A stretch of DNA of 64,000 nucleotides from Balanoglossus misakiensis. Its lineage: Eukaryota > Animalia > Hemichordata. Made by a program: the position numbers and the translations under genes. Position 1 is the stretch's first letter. Every line of letters starts with the position of its first letter. This document shows, one piece after another, positions 39,465 through 50,172 of this stretch. The stretch is taken from contig CM082576.2 of the NCBI GenBank assembly GCA_040954595.2, positions 20,135,028 to 20,199,027 on the forward strand, given 5' to 3'. Under the pieces are notes generated by a model. It saw only the letters and a list, made by a program, of their open reading frames with translations. It searched no databases and had not been told where the DNA came from.

Positions 39465-39828
39465 GATGCAATTTCCGGGCACAATGTTTTCTATGTAAAA
39501 AGAACACCTAAAATCGAACCGTCGACACAGAGATCTGTTCGGACGATGAATGCCTAAAATGAACACTGTATAGCTCCAAAATCACAGCAAAAGAAGGCGA
39601 TACAAAAGCCTGCGGTTACCGTGTCGCACTGACCTGCGTTAACAGATCCCGTAAGGAGTACGGTGCCCAGAGTGCTAAACACGCCACAAACTCCTGTGAC
39701 CTCTCTTTTGCACACAGCAATACAACCGTTCTCAACAAACAACATTCATCGACCAAACCTGACCGCTGAGTCGATCCAGACCTTGGCGAATATTCGAAAG
39801 GGGTCTCTGAACCAAAGTTGCCCTAACA

Positions 39829-39846
39829 ATCCCGCAGATGCCACCA
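39829..39846 (-). promoter_or_regulatory. Primer binding site (tRNA-Leu-like, imperfect)
   Basis: Minus strand reads tggtggcatctgcgggat, 2 nt after the LTR. Confidence 0.55.
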
Positions 39847-39848
39847 AT

Positions 39849-40351
39849 TGTGACGGAAACCCGGGCGTTCCGCCTATTGAAAACCGGTAGCGCAGACGGA
39901 CCCGCTCGAGCCTCTCACAAACAGCGCTGTCTTCACACGCAGCGGTAGGAACTCGCCGGAAAGCAAGCGTCTCGTCGAAGAAATCTGCCCACACCGAGCA
40001 GCTGAGGTAAACACGTCTCAGATCTCGCGATCGGTGACCAGGGGCCGGCTATCCGGGAGGGATAAAACAGGACTAAACGGGGCCGAAACCGGGGTTCCTT
40101 CCTCAACAGATCCACGCCAAAACTCTCCAAAACAACATGGTTGCAGGCTAAAAACGAGGCTAAACATGTGACCCAGAACGCACTTCTGATTGGTGTAGAT
40201 ACACCAAGGGCAAGATGGGGAAACCCTTCTATCCTTGTCAATCATACAAGACAGCCCAAAACGGTCTCCATGGTAACACCACCACGACAGTGAAGCCATA
40301 GAAAAACAACATGCCAAATAATAAATCACATGGAATAGCAATTCCATAACA
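39849..40351 (-). repeat. Gypsy-1 5' LTR
   Basis: Direct repeat of 33150-33652 with several SNPs and two ~14-bp indels. Confidence 0.94.
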
Positions 40352-41371
40352 ATAAAGTGCCGGGGCATCAGCCGTGCCAGGCCGAAGGAAATGTGAGTAG
40401 ATCAACGTGGTCTCTGTACGCGTGTTTCTGCTCTAGAGTGCCAGGGCTTTAGCCAAGCCATGCCGTAGGAAATCTGACTTAATCAACGTTGCTAACGAAC
40501 GCTAGTGTCTGTCATAGTGTGCCGGGGTTTTAGTCGAGCCAAGCCGTAGGAGATCAGACTTGATCAACGCGGTCTCTGTACGCGTGTTTCCGCTCTAAAG
40601 TGCCGGGGCTTCAGCTAAACCAGGCCGTAGGAAATCCGACGTAATCACCGTTGATAACTTACGCCAGTCTGTGTCATATAGAGCCGGTGCACCAGCGGAG
40701 TCATGCCGTAGGAAATCTGACTTGATCAACGTGGTCAATGTACGCCTGTTTCTGCTCTAGAGTGCCGGGGCTTCAGCTGAGCCAGGCCGTAGGAAACCCG
40801 ACGTGATTACCGTTGTTAACTTACGCCAGTCTGTGTCCTATATATAGTGCCGGGGCATCAGCCGTGCCAGGCCGCAGGAAATGTGAGTAGATCAACGTGG
40901 TCTCTGTACGAGTGTTTCTGCTCTTGAGTGCCAGGGTTTTAGCCAAGCCATGCCGTAGGAAATATGACTTGATCAACGTTGCTAACGAACGCTAGTGTCT
41001 GTCATAGTGTGCCGGGGTTTTAGTCGAGCCAAGCCGTAGGAGATCAGACTTGATCAACGTGGTCTCTGTACGCGTGTTTCTGCTCTAGAGTGCCGGGGCT
41101 TTATCCAAGCCATGCCGTAGAAAATCTGACTTGATCACCGTTGCTAACGTACGCTAGTGTCTGTCATATTGTGACGGAGATTTAGCCGAGCCAGGCCGTA
41201 GAAAAATCGACTTGTTCAACGTTACCAGTGTGCAACTGTTTCTGCTCTAGAGTGTCAGGGTTTTAGCCCACTTAAGCTGTAGGAAATCTGAGTTGATGGA
41301 CGGGAATTCAATGTTAGAAAACCCGTGTGGAAAGTATCTCTACCCGTTTGAAACTAAGAAAAGAATTTATT
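40352..41371. repeat. Composite macrosatellite block 3 (81-bp array, remainder of the interrupted unit)
   Basis: Resumes agtgccggggcatcagcc and ends ...aagaatttatt at the HINE insertion. Confidence 0.95.
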
Positions 41372-41434
41372 GGGGGCACAAGCGCCCTCAGGCGGCTTGT
41401 GCCCCCATTGGTATTGTTGGAATTTTTCTTTATT

Positions 41435-42651
41435 AGGGCCCAAGCCAAGCAGGCTTGGGCCCTATTGGTATTGTTGGCTTTTTTCTTCTACTTCTTCTTG
41501 TGTAGTTTTTTCGGCCAGGTAGATCTGGAGAACGGCTGAACCTACCAATTTCAAACTTAGCACAATGGTGCAGGCCAATGAGAGCTGGTGCAGTACCCTT
41601 GTGAATGTTTAATAAGTCATGTGACCTGATGACCATATATGGGCAAAATTTTCAAATCGGCCTAATTTGCATATGAATTGAGATATCAAAATTCTGTTCA
41701 GATGCTTTGTGGACCACATGGCCAGGGTTCTACATGCCAAATGTCAAGGCCATAGGCCATGTCAATTTTGAGAAGAAGATTTTTAAGTATTATTTTTCAT
41801 ATTTTTCGCCCAAGCCATGTGCCTATACTTTACATAGTTAAGCTATGACAACATATTATTTTGGATAAATATGCATACATATCTCAAAATCTGTTAGGCC
41901 GATCATCTCCAACTTTGGTGTGCAGCTAGCCTAGCATTTGTCAATAATTTTAAGCGGAAAAAAATAATATGAAAAATCGACCGATTTTTTTATATTAATT
42001 TTTTTATTAAATTTATACCTTTATTTATACCTCTATGGTTAAGCTATGTCCATGTCTTATTGTGGAATTCTGGTCTGTGCAATAGTCTTGTACAGTGACT
42101 ATCTATTGGTCAGTGAGCACAATGGCACCAAAATAAAAGGCAAAATTTTAGGCTCACCTGTAACACCTGCTTAACTCATTAATTATGTGCATACCTAATT
42201 CTGGGCTAACGAAGAGGGCTAGAGGTTTCGTTCTTGTGGGACATGGACCAGTATAGGGTCAAAATTTCTTGCCCAAATTTTGGGTGACCTCAGGTGACCT
42301 TTGACCTACTTTACCAGATCTTGGCATCCAGAGCAGGTACAGACTTGGCGTTTGGAGGGTTGGGACTAAAATTGAAAAGCCAAAATTGGGGATCACCTGT
42401 GACACCTGCCTACCTCATTAATTATGTGCATACCTAATTCCAGGCTAACCAATAGGGCTATAGGTTTGGTTTTTGTTGAACATGGACCAGTATAGGGTCA
42501 AAATTTCTTGCCCAAATTTTGCATGACCTCAGGTGACCTTTGACCTACTTTACCATATCTTGGCATCCAGAGCAGATATGCTTATTGCTATGTTGCTATG
42601 TGCTATGTGATATGTTGGCTTGGGCCCGCTATTGCTGCTTGCAGCTATATT
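41435..42651 (+). mobile_element. HINE unit B (complete)
   Basis: agggcccaagc-caagcag-gcttgggccct ... gcttgggccc-gctatt-gctgcttgcagc-tatatt; same family as 858-2024. Confidence 0.8.
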
Positions 42652-44150
42652 TAGGGCCCAAGCGCATACCAGCGCTTGGGCCCTATTGGTTTCGTTGGGG
42701 TTTTTCTGTCTTTCCTTCTTTCTTTCTTTCTTTCTTTATTCTTCTGTCATTTCTTTGTCGCTCTAGATCTCAGACACCACTGCAGGTACAGTTCTCAAAC
42801 TTACTACAGTGGTCAAGGTCAATGAGTAGTCGTGCATTGAACCCATGAATTTTTAATTAGTCACGTGACATGGCGGCCATATTGGATTTTCTGAAAAAAT
42901 GCAAATCTCAGATCTCAGAAACTACAAGTCAGATTTACTTCAGATTTGGTGTGCTGGTAGTGTACCTTCTGCCCATCATTTTTGTAATTGGATATTTTGC
43001 TGTCAATGTTGCAGTTTTTTTGCTACAATTTTTTTTCTGAAATCTGGTCAAAATTTCAAAAATCTTCTTCTCCAGAACCGGCGATAACCGAGTCACGCGG
43101 TTTGGGGTATGTGGTCACCAAACTGAGGTCTATCAAGTTTGCGAAGATCATTGTGATTGGTAGAAGATTATGGCGGCCATATTGGATTTTCGAAAAACCC
43201 TAGTAAAATTTCAAAAATCTTCTCCTCAAGAACCGACGATAACTGAGTCACAAGATTTGGTGTGTGTGGTCATTAAACAGATGTCTATCAAGTTTGCGAA
43301 GATGAATGTGATTGGTCGAAGATTATGGCGGCCATATTGGATTTTGTGAAAAACGATTAAAAAGTAAAAATTCCCTTTCCAGCCTAAAAATTGATAGATC
43401 AGAAATTCTTTTTAATGGATATGAATCATCATATGCCAAGAATAAGCTATAAATATTTTGGTAATTTTGGCAATGACCTTTGACCTACTTTTGACGCATC
43501 ATTTTTCTGCATATCTAATTCCAGGCTAACCAATAGGGCTATAAGTTTGGTTTTTGATGTATGTGGATTTGTATGTGATCAAAAAATTTTGCTACTTTTC
43601 ATAACCCCTTTGACCTCTGTTGACCTCATTAAATATGCACATACCTAATTAATGATGAACCAATAGACCTAGAGGTTTTGTTTTTGTTATACATGGACCA
43701 GTATGGGGTCAAAATATTTTGCCCAAATGTTGGTGACCTCGGGTGACCTTTGACCTACTTTTGCATATCTCGACATCCACAGCAGATACAACCTTGGCGT
43801 TTGGAGGTATGGGGCCATAATGAAAAGCCAAAGTTTTGGGTCACCTGTGACACCTGCTTAACTCATTATTTATGTGCATACCTAATTCCGGGCTAACCAA
43901 AAGGGCTAGAGATGTGGTTTTTGTTGGACATGGACCACTATGGGTCAAAATATTGTGCCCAAATTGTGGGTGACTCCTGGGTGACCTTTGACCTACTTAA
44001 CACTATATCAGCTCCAAACATAGATATAACCTTGATATTTCATGGGATAAAACACAGCATTATGTTTCTACTCATTAATTATGTGCATATCTAATAATCA
44101 GATCAGATAATAGAGCTTGGGCCCGGACAATGCTGCTTGCAGCTTTAATT
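42652..44150 (+). mobile_element. HINE unit C (complete)
   Basis: agggcccaagcgc-atacca-gcgcttgggccct, (cttt)n, and 3' gcttgggccc...gctgcttgcagctttaatt. Confidence 0.8.
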
Positions 44151-45279
44151 ACGGGCCCAAGCCAAGCCAGGCTTGGGCCCGTATTGGTTTCGTTGGAGTT
44201 TTTCTTTCTTTATTCTTATGTCAATCTTTGCTCTCCTAGATCTCTGAAACGGCTACAGGTACACTTCTCAAACTTGCTACAGTGGTCAAGGTCAATGAGT
44301 AGATGTGCAGTGGCTTGTGAATATTTAATTAGTCACATGACCTGGCGGCCATATTGGATTTTCTGAAAATCTTTAAATGGCTTCTTCTCAAAAACCACAG
44401 GGCCAATCAAGTTCAAATTTGGTGTATGGTACACATGTCATCTGCCCTTCAAAGTTTGACAATAAAATCCTGAGCGGTCACGTGACTTTGGCCGCCATAT
44501 TGGATTTTCGAAAAAGTACAGTAAAATCTTCAAAAATCTTCTTCTCCAGAACCGGCAATAACCGAGTCATGGGATTTAGGGTATGACATCACCTAACTGA
44601 TGTCTATCAAGTTTGCGAAGAGCGTTGTGATTGGTCGAAGATTATGGCGGCCATATTGGATTTTGTAAAAACCAGCGAAAATTAAGAAATAATTTTTCTA
44701 GTCTAAAAATAGATAGCATACAAATTCTTTTTATGGATATGAGTCGTGATATGACTAGAATATGTTGCAAATATTTTGGAAATTGTCACATGACCTTTGA
44801 CCTACATTTTTAAGAACCTGCATATATGCATATATAGCTCATACTACGTGTTCTAAATGTACCAGAGTTCTGATTTTTGTGCACATTGGTATCATCCCTG
44901 CCAGGACCTACCCCAACTATTTTGGTAATTCTGGCAATGACCTTTGACCTACTTTTGACACATCATTTTTTTCTGCATATCTAATTACAGGCTAACCTAT
45001 AGGGCTATGATTTTGGTTTTTGATGTATGTGGATTTGTATGTGATCAAAAAATTTCGCTACTTTTCATGACCCCTTTGACCTCTGCTGACCTCATTAAAT
45101 ATTAGCATACCTAATTACAGATGAACCAATAGACCTAGAGGTTTGGTTTCTGTTGGACATGGACCAGTATTGGGTCAAAAATTTTTGCCCAAATTTTGGA
45201 TGACCTCGGGTGACCTTTGACCTACTTAACACTATATCAGCACCAAACATAGATATAACCTTGATATTTCATGGGATAA

Positions 45280-46183
45280 TTACATATAATCCCATGATAT
45301 CTTTCTTTGTTTGACGTCATCGTATACGAGTGGTTTTCGCGGAGCAGTGCAACTTCGAGCCGCAGGCGAGAAGTTGTACGCTTCCGCGAAAACCACGAGT
45401 ATACGATGACGTTAAACAAAGAAAGATATCATGGGATTATATATTTATCACATGAACAGTCTTCTTATTTTTCGTTAGAAGAGGCAGGACTAAAACAATT
45501 CAGTACCTTGCAACAATTTTGGAGCGGTGTCGTATTTTACTGAGCGGGATTATGTCCCCCAGGAGATATATGTTGGGAGATTTTATGAATGATCAGCGAT
45601 AGTTCATCATTTGCATATACGCAAATGGTGAACTATCGCTGATCATTCATAAAATCTCCCAACAAGTCGTCCTGTTGAGTTCCGTTCGCTCGAAGTTCGG
45701 CCTTACACAAATGTAATCGATTCTCTAACAATTTTACTGCAACCTGTTGCCACGTCTTATACATTTCGTTGACCGGTGCAATAGAGAGGTTCAGTCGTCA
45801 CGCTGAACTGGCTCGAAACAATTCCCCACGCTGATTCGACTCGGAACGTACCGGACTTGCGCCTAGCCTAGGCTATGTACACCTGACCCAAAACTTTGAC
45901 AGCCACGATCGTCCATGATCGTTGCGTCGACTGTCTTCTTTCCAAATTCCACCTTTCTGTTTTGAGCTTACAAAGCGTTATTGTCATGGAACCGTAATTT
46001 TTTTATTTCATTTCTGTATTGTAAATGCCGCGCGCTACACGTACTGTTTCTGTTTGACAACAAAGCTACGGCGAATGGGTGGAAATAGTTCCGGTTGATG
46101 ACGTAACACAGGGGTGATCAGGATTTTTGATCTGTCCTGGTCTACGTCACACAGGTGGTGATCAGGGCCAGTTCATGTGATAA
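45280..46183. mobile_element. Non-coding foldback insertion with asymmetric (split) inverted repeats
   Basis: Absent from sister copies (catgggataa|aacacagc at 44041-44058 and the equivalent site near 47640). Hairpin at 45284-45442; ttatcacatgaac (45445-45457) is the inverse of gttcatgtgataa (46171-46183). Confidence 0.85.
45571..45664. repeat. Near-perfect 94-bp palindrome (44-bp arms, 6-nt loop)
   Basis: tgttgggagattttatgaatgatcagcgatagttcatcatttgc-atatac-gcaaatggtgaactatcgctgatcattcataaaatctcccaaca; one mismatch. Confidence 0.95.
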
Positions 46184-46283
46184 AACACAGCATTATGTTT
46201 CTACTCATTAATTATGTGCATATCTAATAATCTGATCAGATAATAGAGCTTGGGCCCGGACAATGCTGCTTGCAGCTTTAATT

Positions 46284-47747
46284 ACGGGCCCAAGCCAAGC
46301 CAGGCTTGGGCCCGTATTGGTTTCGTTGGAGTTTTTCTTTCTTTATTCTTATGTCAATCTTTGCTCTCCTAGATCTCTGAAACGGCTACAGGTACACTTC
46401 TCAAACTTGCTACAGTGGTCAAGGTCAATGAGTAGATGTGCAGTGGCTTGTGAATATTTAATTAGTCACATGACCTGGCGGCCATATTGGATTTTCTGAA
46501 AATCTTTAAATGGCTTCTTCTCAAAAACCACAGGGCCAATCAAGTTCAAATTTGGTGTATGGTACACATGTCATCTGCCCTTCAAAGTTTGACAATAAAA
46601 TCCTGAGCGGTCACGTGACTTTGGCCGCCATATTGGATTTTCGAAAAAGTACAGTAAAATCTTCAAAAATCTTCTTCTCCAGAACCGGCAATAACCGAGT
46701 CATGGGATTTAGGGTATGACATCACCTAACTGATGTCTATCAAGTTTGCGAAGAGCGTTGTGATTGGTCGAAGATTATGGCGGCCATATTGGATTTTGTA
46801 AAAACCAGCGAAAATTAAGAAATAATTTTTCTAGTCTAAAAATAGATAGCATACAAATTCTTTTTATGGATATGAGTCGTGATATGACTAGAATATGTTG
46901 CAAATATTTTGGAAATTGTCACATGACCTTTGACCTACATTTTTAAGAACCTGCATATATGCATATATAGCTCATACTACGTGTTCTAAATGTACCAGAG
47001 TTCTGATTTTTGTGCACATTGGTATCATCCCTGCCAGGACCTACCCCAACTATTTTGGTAATTCTGGCAATGACCTTTGACCTACTTTTGACACATCATT
47101 TTCTTCTGCATATCTAATTACAGGCTAACCTATAGGGCTATGATTTTGGTTTTTGATGTATGTGGATTTGTATGTGATCAAAAAATTTCGCTACTTTTCA
47201 TGACCCCTTTGACCTCTGCTGACCTCATTAAATATTAGCATACCTAATTACAGATGAACCAATAGACCTAGAGGTTTGGTTTCTGTTAGACATGGACCAG
47301 TATTGGGTCAAAAATTTTTGCCCAAATTTTGGATGACCTCGGGTGACCTTTGACCTACTTTTGCATATCTCGACATCCACAGCAGATATAGCCTTGGCGT
47401 TTGGAGGTATGGGGCCATAATGAAAAGCCAAAGTTTTGGGTCACCTGTGACACCTGCTTAACTCATTATTTATGTGCATACCTAATTCCGGGCTAACCAA
47501 AAGGGCTAGAGGTCTGGTTTTTGTTGGACATGGACCACTATGGGTCAAAATTTTCTGCCCAAATTTTGGGTGACCTAAGATGACCTTTGACCTACTTAAC
47601 ACTATATCAGCACCAAACATAGATATAACCTTGATATTTCATGGGATAAAACAGCATTATGTTTCTACTCATTAATTATGTGCATATCTAATAATCTGAT
47701 CAGATAATAGAGCTTGGGCCCGGACAATGCTGCTTGCAGCTTTAATT
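46284..47747 (+). mobile_element. HINE unit D' (complete tandem copy of D)
   Basis: Same termini and body as D; identical spurious ORF translations (44130/46263, 44377/46510). Confidence 0.8.
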
Positions 47748-50172
47748 ATTATTATTCTTCTTCTTCTTCTTCTTCCGAGAAATTCGGCCAGGTAGATCTG
47801 GAAAACCGCAGCACCTAGGGGGCTGAAACTTGGTAGGGTGGTAGGGGCCAATGAGTAGACGTGCAGTGGCTCGTGAATATTTAATTAGTCACGTGACCTG
47901 GCGGCCATATTGGATTTCCTGAAAATCGTTAAATGAGTCCTTCTCTAAAACCACTGGGCCGATCGAGTTCAAATTTGGTGTGCAGGTAGCCTACCTTATG
48001 TCCATCATTTTACCCCATTAAAATCATGACGTCATACATAAAGTTTTTTTGCTACAATTGTTTTTCTGAAAAACTACCTAAAACTTTAAAAATCTTCTTC
48101 TCCAGAACCAGCGGTTACCGAGTCTCGGGATTTGGGATATGTGGTCACCTAACCTATGTCTATCAAGTTTGCGAAGCACACTGTGATTGGTCGATCATTA
48201 TGGCGGCCATGTTGGATTTTCGGAAAACCATTGAAAAATGAAAATTCCGTTTTGTAGCCAAAATATTGACAGCACGGAAATTCTTTTTTTGGATATGAGT
48301 CATCATATGACCGGAAGTTGTCACAATTTTTCGGGGCAATTTTCACATGACCTTTGACCCAGTTTTAAAACAACTAATTATATATGCATATTCCCCATAC
48401 CTCCTCTTGTCAAAGCACCACAGTCATGAATTTTGTGGACATGGGTACCAATGCAGCCAGGACATGGCAAAAATATTTTTGTAATTTTGGCAATGAACCT
48501 TGACCTATTTCTGAAACATCATTTTTCTGCATATCTAATTCCATGCTACCCAATAGGGCTAGAGGTCTGATATTGGTTGGACATGGCCCACTCTGGGGTC
48601 AAAATTTTATGCCCTAATTTTGGGTGACCTTGGGTGACCTTTGATCTACTTTCCCATATCTCAGCATCCACAGCAGTTAGAGGCCTGGCTTTTGGGGGGC
48701 CGATGGAGCACATATGGAGTCTTACACAATACCTCATTAATTATGCGCATACCTAATTCTAGGCGAACCAATAGAGCTAGGGGTCTGGTTTTTGTTGTAC
48801 CTAGACTAGTATGGGGTCCGATTTTTTTGCCCAAATTTGGGGTGACCTCAGGTGACCTTTGACCTACTTTCCAATATCTTGGTATCCACAGCCGATACAG
48901 CCTTGGCATTTGCTGCTTACCATGGGAACCGCTTGTGCCCCGCCAACGCTGCTTGCAGCTTTAATTATTCTTCTTCTTCTTCCGAGAAATTCGGCCAGGT
49001 AGATCTGGAAAACCGCAGCACCTAGGGGGCTGAAACTTGGTAGGGTGATAGGGGCCAATGAGTAGACGTGCAGTGGCCCGTGAATATTTAATTAGTCACG
49101 TGACCTGGCGGCCATATTGGATTTCCTGAAAATCGTTAAATGAGTCCTTCTCAAAAACCACTGGGCCGATCGAGTTCAAATTTGGTGTGCAGGTAGCTTA
49201 CCTTCTGTCCATCATTTTACCCCATTGAAATCATGACGTCATACATAAAGTTTTTTTGCTACAATTGTTTTTCTGAAAAACTACTTAAAACTTTAAAAAT
49301 CTTCTTCTCCAGAACCAGCGGTTACCGAGTCTCGGGATTTGGGATATGTGTTCACCTAACCTATGTCTATCAAGTTTGCGAAGCGCACTGTGATTGGTTG
49401 ATCATTATGGCGGCCATGTTGGATTTTCGGAAAACCATTGAAAAGTGATAATTCCGTTTTGTAGCCAAAATGTTGACAGCATGGAAATTCTTTTTTTGGA
49501 TATGAGTCATCATATGACCGGAAGTTGTCACAATTTTTCAGGGCAATTTTCACATGACCTTTGACCCAGTTTTAAAACAACTAATTATATATGCATATTC
49601 CCCATACCTCCTCTTGTCAAAGCACCACAGTCATGAATTTTGTGGACATGGGTACCAATGCTGCCAGGACATGACACAAATATTTTGGTAATTTTGACAA
49701 TGACCTTTGACCTATTTCTGAAACATCATTTTTCTGCATATCTAATTCCATGCTACCCAATAGGGCTAGAGGTCTGATATTGGTTGGACATGGCCCACTC
49801 TGGGGTCAAAATTTTATGCCCTAATTTTGGGTGACCTTGGGTGACCTTTGATCTACTTTCCCATATCTCAGCATCCAGAGCAGTTAGAGCCCTGGCTTTT
49901 ATGGGACTTGAGCACATAATGGAGTCTTACACAAGACCTCATTAATTATGTGCATACCTAATTGCAGGCGAACCAATAGGGCCAGGGGTCTGGTTTTTTG
50001 TTGGATCTAGACTAGTATGGGGTCCAATTTTTTTGCCCAAATTTGGGGTGACCTCAGGTGACCTTTGACCTACTTTCCCATATCTTGGTATCCCCAGCAG
50101 ATACAGCCGTGGCATTTGCTGGTCACCATGGGAACCGCTTGTGCCCCGCCAACGCTGCTTGCAGCTTTAATT
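47748..50172 (+). mobile_element. HINE family A: two tandem bodies with 3' ends (47748-48966, 48967-50172); the single matching 5' end is at 41372-41434
   Basis: The 3' subTIR gcttgtgcccc matches only the 5' palindrome gggggcacaagc...gcttgtgccccc at 41372-41406. Confidence 0.8.

Larger units (their letters stand above)
33150..40351 (-). mobile_element. Ty3/Gypsy LTR retrotransposon, full-length, defective
   Basis: Two 503-bp TG...CA LTRs; imperfect 4-bp TSD atat/ataa; PBS and PPT on the minus strand; Gag-PR-RT-RH-IN order. Confidence 0.96.
44151..46283 (+). mobile_element. HINE unit D (carries a 904-bp insertion, lacks one ~240-bp subrepeat)
   Basis: Near-identical to 46284-47747 outside the insertion and deletion. 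Confidence 0.8.
41372..50172 (+). mobile_element. Nested/tandem stack of six non-autonomous Helentron-like (HINE) units inserted at a TT in the macrosatellite
   Basis: The satellite gaatttatt|cttattt is split with no duplication beyond the shared att/TT. Units show a 5' subTIR palindrome, a CT-rich microsatellite, a 3' subTIR and a gctgcttgcagc hairpin. Confidence 0.8.

Noticed and set aside
23278-40368. Antisense and alternate-frame ORFs overlapping the BEL and Gypsy pol genes and LTRs
   Set aside because: Shadow ORFs with no recognisable motifs.
45237-45543. Mirror-image ORFs on both strands (MFNVIVYSW.. / MFDVIVYEW..)
   Set aside because: A by-product of the palindrome, not coding.
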